A stretch of 63,954 nt of DNA, counting the filler, from Caldilineae bacterium (GTDB lineage: Bacteria > Chloroflexota > Anaerolineae > DTLA01), in NCBI GenBank assembly GCA_037446815.1. It is 10 parts of 10 records of this genome, joined end to end, with 100 filler letters (N's around TTAATTAATTAA, not from the genome) between each part and the next. Parts side by side here need not be neighbours in the genome. Positions count along the whole stretch, not along the records: positions 27,353 to 33,921 come from JBBIHX010000163.1; positions 34,022 to 40,502 come from JBBIHX010000164.1; 8 more parts are not named here. The stretch is one strand, 5' to 3'. The notes under the pieces were generated by a model. It was not told where the DNA came from. It searched no databases and saw only the letters and a program-made list of their open reading frames with translations. The position numbers and the translations under genes are program-made. Positions within the stretch are counted from its first letter, which is position 1. The number at the start of each line of letters is the position of its first letter. Below, in pieces: positions 27,592-36,290 of the stretch.

Positions 27592-28128
27592 GTGACGGAT
27601 TTCCGATACGCGAGGGTACAATCGCCCTTCGGTGCGTTGGCCGTGCTGTGGCGGGACGCGCACGACGGCCCACGCGTGTTCCGCATCCTGTTGCCCCATG
27701 AAGTGTCGGGGGGGCTGTCCCAGTCGCGGGAGGACTCCTGTGGCCCGATTGATGCCCTTGTGCGCCGCATTTCGGCGTACCTGGCCGGCGAATGGGTCGC
27801 GTTTGACCTGGGCCTGCTGGCCCTGGAGCGGTGCGGCGAGTTCCAGCGTCGGGTCCTGCTGGCCGAGTTTGGGATTCCCCGCGGCTGGGTGAGCACCTAC
27901 GCGCGAGTCGCCGCGCACCTCCGATCTCCCCGCGCCGCGCGGGCTGTGGGCACGGCGCTCGCCCGCAACCCGTTCCCCATCGTGATTCCCTGCCACCGCG
28001 CCGTCCGCTCCGACGGAAGCCTGGGCGGGTATCGTGGCGGTCTGGCCATGAAGCGCGCTCTCCTGGAGATGGAGGGCGTCGCCTTTGAAAGCGAAAACGT
28101 GGTGCGCCTGGACAAGGTCTGGTACTAG
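27592..28128 (+). CDS. ogt: Methylated-DNA--protein-cysteine methyltransferase
   Basis: IPRGWVSTY, AARAVG, NPFPIVIPCHR, GGYRGG; GGAGG RBS before GTG. Confidence 0.9.
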   Translation: MTDFRYARVQSPFGALAVLWRDAHDGPRVFRILLPHEVSGGLSQSREDSCGPIDALVRRISAYLAGEWVAFDLGLLALERCGEFQRRVLLAEFGIPRGWVSTYARVAAHLRSPRAARAVGTALARNPFPIVIPCHRAVRSDGSLGGYRGGLAMKRALLEMEGVAFESENVVRLDKVWY

Positions 28129-28188
28129 CGTCGGCTCCGAATCCCTTCGCTCCTGGATGGGGCGTACATTGACATAAGGAGGGATACC

Positions 28189-29502
28189 ATGAGCGATCAG
28201 ACCCTGCAGATGCCCTGGGGTAGGGAGAGCCTTTCCCTGCGTCTGCCCGAATCCTGGACTCTGGCCGGAATCCACGAGCCTGCCTCGCTCCCGCCCGCCC
28301 CTGACCCTGCCGACGAGGTTTGCCGCAGTATCCAACAGCCCTTCGGGATGCCGCGCCTGCGGGAATTGGCCCGCGCCGGGATGAAGGTCGCGCTGGTGGT
28401 GGACGACGGGAGCAGGCCCACGCCTGTTGCTCTCATGGCGCCGCTGGTCCTGGCCGAACTGGAGGCCGCGGGCGTGGCGCGGGCCGACATCACGCTGGTC
28501 CCCGCCCTGGGCGTGCACCGCCCCATGACCGAGGGCGAACTGGCCGCCCGCGCGGGGCTGGCGGATTTCGCGGGCCTGCGATGGGAAAACCCTGACGGCG
28601 ACGATCCCGCGAGACTGGCCTTCTTGGGCACGACGGCGCGGGGAACCCCCGTGCGCATCCACAAGACCGTGGCGGAAGCGGACCTGGTCGTCTCCATCGG
28701 GTGCATTGAGCCACACATCATCGCCAGTTTCGGGGGCGGGTACAAGAACATCGTGCCGGGCGTGGCAGCGCGGGAGACCATCGCCCACAACCACGCTCTG
28801 AACTGCGCGCCGGCTACCTTCAACATGGTGGGCCAGCCCATTGACCGCAACCCCATGCGCCTGGACCTGGAAGAGGCCGGGCGTATGCTCAAGCCGCCGG
28901 TGTTCATCGTGAACGCCGTGCTGGACAGCCGCCAGCAGGTGGTGCGCGTGGTCTCGGGCGATCCCGTGGCGGCGCACCGCGAGGGAGTTCGCACCAGCGC
29001 CACGTTGTACGGCGTCGCCGTGCCCGCCCCCGCCGATGTGGTCATCACCGATTCCAATCCCATGAACCAGGACCTGCGCCAGGGGGTGAAGGCGCTGGCC
29101 AACACCATCCGGGCCGTGCGACGGGGCGGGGTGCTCATCACGCTGGTCAAGGCGGATGAGGGCGTGGGCGTCTTCGGCCTGGCGAATCGGAAGTTGCCGC
29201 TGGGACGGGGCGCGTTGCGGGTGCTGGCTCCGATGCTCCTGAGGGCCATTCCGAAGATGAAGATGCGCGGCATGGGGGAGGAGGATCGCTTCTTCCTGTA
29301 CTTCGCGTTGCAGGCCATGCGCCACGCCACGCTGGTAATCTACGCGCCGACCATCCCCGCCGAGGTGCGCGGCAATCTCCCGTTCGTGGAGTTCGCCGAC
29401 ACGCCCGAGGCGGCCATTGCCCGCGCCCGGAGCCGATTCCCGCGTCGGGCTACCGTCCGCGCTTTCCCGCACGGCGGCATTACGTTCCCGATCCTGGGGT
29501 GA
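28189..29502 (+). CDS. LarA-family nickel-pincer-dependent hydroxyacid racemase/epimerase
   Basis: VDDGSRPTP, ALGVHRPM, GTTARGTP, EPH..FGGGYK..PG, HNH, QGVK. Confidence 0.88.
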   Translation: MSDQTLQMPWGRESLSLRLPESWTLAGIHEPASLPPAPDPADEVCRSIQQPFGMPRLRELARAGMKVALVVDDGSRPTPVALMAPLVLAELEAAGVARADITLVPALGVHRPMTEGELAARAGLADFAGLRWENPDGDDPARLAFLGTTARGTPVRIHKTVAEADLVVSIGCIEPHIIASFGGGYKNIVPGVAARETIAHNHALNCAPATFNMVGQPIDRNPMRLDLEEAGRMLKPPVFIVNAVLDSRQQVVRVVSGDPVAAHREGVRTSATLYGVAVPAPADVVITDSNPMNQDLRQGVKALANTIRAVRRGGVLITLVKADEGVGVFGLANRKLPLGRGALRVLAPMLLRAIPKMKMRGMGEEDRFFLYFALQAMRHATLVIYAPTIPAEVRGNLPFVEFADTPEAAIARARSRFPRRATVRAFPHGGITFPILG

Positions 29503-29516
29503 GCGGCAGGCGGGGA

Positions 29517-29620
29517 TTGCACCGCGGAGAGGGAGAGGGCGCAGAGGGAGAGAAGGATTCACCGCGGAGGCGGAGAGAGCGCAGAGGGAGAGAAAGGTTC
29601 GCCGCAGGGGGCAGAGAATT
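29517..29620 (+). repeat. Array of a ~40-bp (TT)CACCGCGGAG..CGCAGAG unit, about 2.5 copies
   Basis: Units start at 29517, 29558, 29598; same family as 31431-31640. Confidence 0.85.
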
Positions 29621-29695
29621 ATCCCTGCGCGCTGTGCCGCCAAGAACATCGTTGGTTAGCACATCCTACGGTTTATGTGTCGTGAGGAGGTAGAG

Positions 29696-31420
29696 ATGGG
29701 TGCCATAATGGGTGCAGATGTTCTGGTCAAGTGCCTGATTCAGGAGAAGGTGCGGTATGTCTTCGGCATCCCCGGCGGGCAACTGTGTCCCATCCTGGAC
29801 GGTATCCGGCGCTTCGGGAGCGACGCGGGCCTGCAGTTCATCATGACGCGCCACGAGCAGGCCGCCGCGCACATGGCCGATGCCTACGCCAGGGTTACCG
29901 GCGAGCCGGGCGTGTGCATGGGCACGGTCGGCCCTGGAGCCGCGGACCTAGTGCCCGGAGTGTACGCGGCCTGGGCCGACTCCATCCCCATGGTGGTGCT
30001 CACGGCCCAGAACCAGACGTGGAAATCGTACCCGGAGCGCGGTTCCATGCAGTCGCTGGATCAAATCGGCCTGTTCCAGCCGATTACCAAATGGAGCGCG
30101 CGGGTGGCCCACTGGAAGCGCATCCCCGAACTGGTGCATGCGGCGTTTCGCGCGGCCGTGTCGGGGCGGCCTCGGCCTGTGCACCTGGACCTGCACGTGG
30201 ATGTGATGATGGCAACGGGCGACGAGGACACGCTGGACATCTCGCCGCCTTCGCGCTATCGCGCAGACCGCGGGCCGGTGGCCCAGGCCGAGTTGATAGA
30301 ACAAGCGGCGCGGATGCTGGTGGAGGCCGAGCGCCCGCTCATTCATCCGGGCGGCGGCGCGCTGCGGTCGGGCGCGTGGGATGAGGTGCGCGAACTGGCG
30401 GAGTACCTGTCGGCCCCCGTTACCACCAGCCAGGGCGCGTGCGGCGTCATCCCGGAAGATCATCCCCTGTGTCTGATTCCCGGCGGCTTCGGTGCGCTGG
30501 GCGCCCAGGCCATGGCCGACGTGGTGCTTCTGGTGGGCGGGCGACTGGGCGACGTGGACTTCTGGGGCCAGCCGCCCTACTGGGGCGAGCCGGACGCGCA
30601 GAAACTCATCCAGATTGACATTGAGCCGCAGGTGGTGGGGCTGAATCGGCCGGTGGATGTGGCGCTCATCGGCGACGCCAAGGCCACCCTGCGCCTGCTG
30701 ATTGAGGCGGTGGAGCGCCTCACGGGACCCATCCCCGAACGCCCCGACATGGCGGAGTACCGCGCGACGCAAGAGGCGTGGCTGGCCCAGTTTGCCGCCG
30801 ATGCGGCATCGGACCGCGCGCCGATTCACCCGCTGCGCCTGATTCGCGATGTGCGGGCGTTCTTCCCGCGCGACGCCATCACCATCGTGGACGGCGGCAA
30901 TACCAACGTGTGGGCGCATTACCTGAATCGGGTGTACGCGCCGCGCTCGTTCCTGTGGGCGGCCGACTCGGGGCAACTGGGCACGGGGCTGCCCTATGCC
31001 ATCGGCGCGAAACTGGCCGCGCCCGACCGGCCGGTGTACGCCATCTGCGGCGATGGGGCCTTCGGGCTGAATATGCAGGAGTTGGAGACGGCGGCGCGGC
31101 TGAAACTGCCCTTCGTGGTCGTCGTGGCCAACGATTGCCAGTGGGGGATGATCAAGGGGGCGCAGATGGCCGCCTACGACGCGCGGTACATCGGCGTGGA
31201 TTTTGACGACGTGCGCTATGACTTGGTGGCGCGGGCGATGGGGTGCTACGGCGAGCGCGTGGAGGAGCCGTCGCAGATTACGCCCGCCCTGGAGCGCGCG
31301 GTCAGGTCGGGGAAGCCGGCGGTGCTGGACGTGGTGGTGGATAAGTGGGCCAATCTGACGCCGCCCGACCTGGAGAACCTGGACGCGGTGTGGATGGAGG
31401 GGTGCGAACTGCCGTGGTGA
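29696..31420 (+). CDS. ThDP-dependent enzyme (acetolactate synthase / 2-hydroxyacyl-CoA lyase family)
   Basis: VFGIPGG, RHEQAAAHMA, GPG, GDGAFG..N ThDP motif, WGMIK. Confidence 0.9.
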   Translation: MGAIMGADVLVKCLIQEKVRYVFGIPGGQLCPILDGIRRFGSDAGLQFIMTRHEQAAAHMADAYARVTGEPGVCMGTVGPGAADLVPGVYAAWADSIPMVVLTAQNQTWKSYPERGSMQSLDQIGLFQPITKWSARVAHWKRIPELVHAAFRAAVSGRPRPVHLDLHVDVMMATGDEDTLDISPPSRYRADRGPVAQAELIEQAARMLVEAERPLIHPGGGALRSGAWDEVRELAEYLSAPVTTSQGACGVIPEDHPLCLIPGGFGALGAQAMADVVLLVGGRLGDVDFWGQPPYWGEPDAQKLIQIDIEPQVVGLNRPVDVALIGDAKATLRLLIEAVERLTGPIPERPDMAEYRATQEAWLAQFAADAASDRAPIHPLRLIRDVRAFFPRDAITIVDGGNTNVWAHYLNRVYAPRSFLWAADSGQLGTGLPYAIGAKLAAPDRPVYAICGDGAFGLNMQELETAARLKLPFVVVVANDCQWGMIKGAQMAAYDARYIGVDFDDVRYDLVARAMGCYGERVEEPSQITPALERAVRSGKPAVLDVVVDKWANLTPPDLENLDAVWMEGCELPW

Positions 31421-31430
31421 GGGAGAAGGA

Positions 31431-31640
31431 TTCACCGCAGAGGCAGAGAGGACGCAGAGGAGAGAAGAATTCACCGCGGAGGCAGAGAGGACGCAGAGGA
31501 GAGAAAGATTCACCGCGGAGACAGAGAGGGCGCAGAGGGAGAGAAGGGTTCACCGCGGAGACGGAGAGGACGCAGAGGGAGAGGAGGGTTCACCGCGGAG
31601 GGGGAGAAGGGTTCACCGCGGAGACGGAGAGGGGGCGCGG
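31431..31640 (+). repeat. Six-unit purine-rich repeat array upstream of the GxxExxY gene
   Basis: TTCACCGC at 31431, 31470, 31509, 31549, 31589, 31612. Confidence 0.92.
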
Positions 31641-31641
31641 C

Positions 31642-32025
31642 ATGGATATCAATCGGATAACCGAGGTTGTCATAGGTGCGGCCATGGACGTGCACCGTGC
31701 ACTCGGTCCGGGCCTGCTGGAGTCTGCCTACGAAGAGTGCCTGAGCCATGAGTTGACGTTGCGGCAGGTGCCCTTTGAGCGCCAATACCCCCTTCCGTTA
31801 GTGTACAAGGGGCTCCGCCTTGACTGCGGATACCGCCTTGACTTGCTGGTAGGGGGCGCTGTCGTTGTAGAAATCAAATCCGTGGAAGCGCTGCTTCCGA
31901 TTCACGTGGCGCAGGTGCTGACCTACCTGCGGATAGGCGGCTGGCATGCTGGCCTGCTCATCAACTTCAACGTGCCTGTGCTGAAACAAGGGATTCGCCG
32001 CCTGGTGTGGGAGTTGAAAGAATGA
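31642..32025 (+). CDS. GxxExxY protein (PD-(D/E)XK nuclease-like)
   Basis: VHRALGPGLLESAYEECL, YRLDLLV, VVEIKSV, AQVLTYL, GLLINFN. Confidence 0.93.
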   Translation: MDINRITEVVIGAAMDVHRALGPGLLESAYEECLSHELTLRQVPFERQYPLPLVYKGLRLDCGYRLDLLVGGAVVVEIKSVEALLPIHVAQVLTYLRIGGWHAGLLINFNVPVLKQGIRRLVWELKE

Positions 32026-32034
32026 TTCTGTCGT

Positions 32035-32110
32035 TCTCTGCGCACTCTGTGTCTTGCGGTGCAAGCCCAGCATTCAACTTCTCTGCGTGCTCTGTGTCTC
32101 TGCGGTGCAA
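32035..32110 (-). repeat. Two inverted copies of the CACCGC..CGCAGAG repeat
   Basis: TCTCTGCGCACTCTGTGTCTTGCGGTG and TCTCTGCGTGCTCTGTGTCTCTGCGGTG are the reverse complement of the upstream unit. Confidence 0.85.
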
Positions 32111-32129
32111 TCCATTCTAGGAGGAGCGC

Positions 32130-33164
32130 ATGAAGGCAGTCGTTGTGCGTGGAATCCGGCACTTTGAGGTCGCCGACGTGCCCAGGCCGGAACCCGGCCC
32201 GGGCGAGGTGCTCATCCGCGTGGGATACTGCGGCATCTGCGGCTCCGACATGGAGGCGTACCACACGGGCATGTACGCGCCGGGGCTCATCGTGGGCCAC
32301 GAATTCGCGGGCGTCATCGCCGAGGTCGGGCCTGATGTCCCCGACTGGCGGCCGGGCGACCGCGTCGTGGTCAACGATGCTGTCCCCTGCGGCGAGTGTC
32401 GGCCCTGCCGCGACGGGCGGCTGGATGCCTGCGAGAGCCTGTACATGATCGGCGTAACCCACGACGGGGCCATGGCCGAGCACTGCGTCGCGCCCGTGCG
32501 CGGGGTCCATCGCCTGCCCGATGGGGTGAGCCTGCGGCGCGGGGCGCTGGTGGAGCCGCTGTCGGTGGCGCTGCACGGCGTGCACCGCTCGCGGCTCAAG
32601 CCGGGCGACCGCGTCCTCATCATGGGGGCGGGACCCATCGGCTTGCTCACGCTGCAGTGCGCGCGGCTGGCCGGGGCGCGGGCCGTGGCGGTAACGGAGG
32701 TGGATTCTACCCGCGCGGCGCTCGCCCAGCGGTTGGGCGCGACGGTGGTTCTGGATCCCACGCGCGACAACGTGGGCGTGGCGCTGTCGGCCCTGACCGA
32801 CGGCCAGGGGCCCGATGTGGTTTACGTGTGTACCGGCGCGCCCCAGCCCTACCGCGACGCCATCTCGCTGGTGCGAAAGGGTGGGCAAATCTTCGTGCTG
32901 GGGTTGTGCGTGGAGCCGGTGGAGGCGGATTTCATGAGCGTGGCGCTGGGCGACCTGTGCATTGAGGGGAGCCTGGCGGGACGCGCTCAGTTCACCGCCG
33001 CCATTGACTTCGTGGCGCAGGGACGGGTGGATGTGGACGCGCTGGTTACCCACGAGATCGCGCTGGACGACGCGGTGGAGAAAGGGTTCAATTTCCTGGA
33101 CACGCCCGGCTCGGGCGCGGTCAAGGTTCTGGTGCGAATCGGCGGCGAACAGGCCGCCGGCTGA
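32130..33164 (+). CDS. Zn-dependent alcohol dehydrogenase (MDR family)
   Basis: CGICGSD, GHE, CGECRPC..C, GAGPIG. Confidence 0.93.
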   Translation: MKAVVVRGIRHFEVADVPRPEPGPGEVLIRVGYCGICGSDMEAYHTGMYAPGLIVGHEFAGVIAEVGPDVPDWRPGDRVVVNDAVPCGECRPCRDGRLDACESLYMIGVTHDGAMAEHCVAPVRGVHRLPDGVSLRRGALVEPLSVALHGVHRSRLKPGDRVLIMGAGPIGLLTLQCARLAGARAVAVTEVDSTRAALAQRLGATVVLDPTRDNVGVALSALTDGQGPDVVYVCTGAPQPYRDAISLVRKGGQIFVLGLCVEPVEADFMSVALGDLCIEGSLAGRAQFTAAIDFVAQGRVDVDALVTHEIALDDAVEKGFNFLDTPGSGAVKVLVRIGGEQAAG

Positions 33165-33215
33165 CGGCCAACCGCTGATCGCTGACGGCTGATCGCCACA
33201 CAAGAGGAGGTGCGC

Positions 33216-33644
33216 ATGAAACTCGCCAGTCTGGAATACCTGGAGGAAGTCAAGAAGCGTTCCAATGCCGACGCGCAGTATCTGGAATTGGCCAAGGGCA
33301 ACAATGAGTCGTACACGCTGGTGCTGGAGCCGGAGCCGGCGCAGGGCGTGCACGAGCGCGTCGTCATTGGGTTCAACAACGTGGACGGCAAGATGAACGA
33401 GGTGTGGATCGGCGAGCGGCCCACGTTGTTCACCCTATCGGCTCCGTATGGGGTGTGGGTGGACATCCTGCGGGGCAAGATGGGCGCGACCAAGGCCATC
33501 ACCATGCGCAAACTGAAGACGCAAGGCCCGTTCCTGCAACTGCTGCAGGGGGCGAATCGCATCATCCGCTGGGTGGAGATTCTGACTACCATCCCGACGG
33601 AGTTTGAGGGCGCCTACGCGCAGTACAACCTGCCGGGTAAGTAG
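33216..33644 (+). CDS. SCP2 sterol/lipid-binding domain protein
   Basis: FTLSAPYGVWVDILRGK..KAITMRKLKTQG pattern. Confidence 0.75.
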   Translation: MKLASLEYLEEVKKRSNADAQYLELAKGNNESYTLVLEPEPAQGVHERVVIGFNNVDGKMNEVWIGERPTLFTLSAPYGVWVDILRGKMGATKAITMRKLKTQGPFLQLLQGANRIIRWVEILTTIPTEFEGAYAQYNLPGK

Positions 33645-33883
33645 GCGGACGGCAGGGTAAGAGCAACTGGGCCTGTTCGCGCCCGACGCCCGACGGGGAG
33701 CCGGGCGCGAAGGGGGCGGGGCAGGGCGCTGCGTATGACGACCTGCGCTTCACCCGCGCCGCGCCCGATGCCGCTTGCCGCCCCCGCATGGACATCCGGG
33801 TCTGGGTCGGCCTGCCGAGGCAGGCCCTCGTCAACACCTCGCCGCAAGGTTTCGACAGCGCGCTGCGGGTGGTGTAATATAGT

Positions 33884-33901
33884 TTGTGAAATAACACACA
33901 A
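33884..33901. promoter_or_regulatory. Possible Rex operator
   Basis: TTGTGAA-ATAA-CACACAA versus consensus TTGTGAA-N4-TTCACAA; follows a TAATAT -10-like box. Confidence 0.45.
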
Positions 33902-34125
33902 TCCCGACCCGCGACGCGTTTNNNNNNNNNNNNNNNNNNNNNNNNNNNNNNNNNNNNNNNNNNNNTTAATTAATTAANNNNNNNNNNNNNNNNNNNNNNN
34001 NNNNNNNNNNNNNNNNNNNNNGGATCGGTTGGAGGCGGTGGGGCTGACCAACCGGTATTTGGGGCTGGCGCCGCACCGATGAAAGCCTGAACCCATCCGC
34101 CACAACTTTCAGGAGGTTATGAATT

Positions 34126-35409
34126 ATGGGTATTGAATTGGAGACGGTTATTCCCCTGAACGCTGCCAAGATGAAATTCGGCCCGGGCGCGACGGAAGAA
34201 GTCGGGTAGGAGGCGCGTGATCTGGGCGCGAAGAACGCGCTTCTTGTCGCCGACAAGCAACTGTGGCAATTTGGCTTGGTGGACAAGGTGAAGGCGGCTC
34301 TTGAAGCGGAGGGGTTGTCGGTCGCGATCTACGACGACATCCATATTGAGCCGACGGATGAATCGTTCACCAAGGCCGCGGAGACGGCGAGGGAGATTCC
34401 TTTTGACGCCATCGTCGCGCTGGGCGGGGGCAGCACCATTGACACGGCGAAGGCCATCAACCTGCTGACCACCTATCCGGCGGACATCCACGACTACATC
34501 AACAAGCCCATCGGGAAGGGCAAGCCCGTGCCCGGGCCGCTGAAGCCGCTGGTGGCCCTTCCCACGACGGCGGGGACGGGCAGCGAGACGACGCCGACCA
34601 TCGCGCTGGAGGTCGTGTCGCTGCGGGTGAAGACGGGGATGTCGCATGCGTTCAATCGCCCGACGATGGCGATTGTAGACCCCCTGAACACGATGACCAC
34701 GCCGCCCGCGGTTACCGCATCTGCCGGGCTGGATGTCTTCACCCATGCAGCGGAGTCGTACACCATCAAGCCGTACAACGTGAGGCCCAAGCCGCAGGAC
34801 CCGGGGCAGCGGCCCGCGTACATCGGCGCGAATCCCATCTCCGATATCTGGAGCGAGAAGGCGCTGGAGTGGATGGGCAAGTACCTGCGGCGCGCGTACT
34901 ACAACGGCTACGATTTGGAGGCCCGCGCCTACATGGCCCTGGCCGCCTCGTTTGCGGGTATCGGCTTCGGCACGGCGGGAGTGCACATTCCTCACGCCCT
35001 CGGGTATCCCATCGCCGGCATGATTCGGGACTGGGTGCCCGAAGGGTATGCGGTGGATCATCCGATGGTGCCCCATGGCCTGGCGACGGCCCTTACCGCG
35101 CCGGCCAGTTTTCGCTTCACCGCGCCCAGCAGCCCCGAGCGGCACGCGCGCATCGCGCAACTGCTCGGCGTGAACACGGATGGGATGTCCGTCATGGACG
35201 CGGCGCTAGCGTTGCCCGCGGCGTTCACGCAACTTATGCGCGACCTGGACTGCCCCAATGGGCTGGCGGCGCTGGGCTATACGGAGGCCGACATTCCCGA
35301 GATGGTGGAGGGTGGCTGGAAGCAGCAGCGGCTGCTGGTCGGAAGTCCGCGGCCGCTTACCAAGAAGGACCTGGCGCGCATCTTTGAGGAGTCCATGGTG
35401 CTCTGGTAG
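34126..35409 (+). pseudogene. Fe-dependent ADH / hydroxyacid-oxoacid transhydrogenase-like gene with an in-frame TAG at 34207-34209
   Basis: AGGAGG RBS, ATG 34126; reads MGIELETVIPLNAAKMKFGPGATEEVG*EARDLG in frame with GGGSTIDTAK, PTTAGTGSE, HIPHALGYP, VPHG. Confidence 0.75.
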
Positions 35410-35436
35410 GGCCAGGGACACCGGACAGACCCAACA

Positions 35437-35476
35437 CAAACCGCGACCTCCCACGGGCTGGGACGGTCGCGGTTTG
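35437..35476. terminator. Hairpin between convergent genes
   Basis: CAAACCGCGACC-TCCC..GGGA-CGGTCGCGGTTTG. Confidence 0.7.
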
Positions 35477-35495
35477 CTGTCGGTGCGTTGCGCGC

Positions 35496-36197
35496 CTATT
35501 CATCCAGGATGGCGACTGCCCGGACCGGCGAGCCGGTGCCCTTGCGGATTCGCAGAGGCAGGGCGATGAACGTGAATCGCTTTCCCACCAGTTTGTCCAG
35601 GTTGCACAGGTTCTCAATGTGGGTTACGCGGCGCTCGGCGCAGACGGTGTGGCATGGGTATGTCTTGTCCAGCCACATGTCCGGGCTGGTGTTGTCCACG
35701 CCGAAGTTGACCGCCCCCTGGTCAATGATGAACTCGGTGGCGTCGCGCGTGAGGCCGGGCTGGTGCGTTACGTATTCGGGCTTCCCGTAGTACCGATCGT
35801 AGATGCCGGTATAGAAGAGGACGGTATCGCCCGGGCGTATGTCTAGGTTCCACCGTTTGAGTTCTGCCTTGATCTTGTCGGCGCCGAACTGGGTTTGTGG
35901 CGGCACGTCGCTGACGTCAATGCAGATGGCCGACGTGATGCAATGCTCCAGCGGAATCTCGTCCACGGACGGAGCGTCGGGATCGCGCGACAGGTGGCTG
36001 ACCGAGTCAATGTGGGTGGGGCCGTGATCGCACATCATGATGCCGCTGGAGCGATACGAGAAGCCGGTGCCGATCATGCGGGCGGACTCCTCGTGGGACA
36101 TGTGCTCCCAAATGACCGTCTTGGCGTGCCCAGGGTAGACGGGCATGCCGGTGTAGATTTCCTGGCTCAGGTCTATGATCTTGCCTTTCAGGTTCAT
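35496..36197 (-). CDS. Cyclase family protein (kynurenine formamidase-like)
   Basis: IIDLSQEI..PVYPG, DHGPTHIDSVSH, HIENL, GTGSPVRA. Confidence 0.9.
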   Translation of the reverse strand: MNLKGKIIDLSQEIYTGMPVYPGHAKTVIWEHMSHEESARMIGTGFSYRSSGIMMCDHGPTHIDSVSHLSRDPDAPSVDEIPLEHCITSAICIDVSDVPPQTQFGADKIKAELKRWNLDIRPGDTVLFYTGIYDRYYGKPEYVTHQPGLTRDATEFIIDQGAVNFGVDNTSPDMWLDKTYPCHTVCAERRVTHIENLCNLDKLVGKRFTFIALPLRIRKGTGSPVRAVAILDE

Positions 36198-36229
36198 GGT
36201 GAACCCTCCCTGTGATGAGAGATGATGTG

Positions 36230-36265
36230 CCAGAGGACGGAGCGAAGCCTTGCCCCGTCCTCTGG
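36230..36265. terminator. Intra-operon hairpin
   Basis: CCAGAGGACGG..CCGTCCTCTGG. Confidence 0.5.
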
Positions 36266-36290
36266 ATTGTGCCACCGCGGGGCCGGCACG

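Noticed and set aside
31431..31640. Possible CRISPR mini-array beside a nuclease gene
   Set aside because: Variable parts are only about 10-nt purine linkers, repeats are degenerate, and inverted copies lie downstream; reported instead as a repeat-flanked element
31345..31641. Repetitive N-terminal extension on GxxExxY
   Set aside because: Translation of the repeat array; the family-typical start is MDINRITE at 31642
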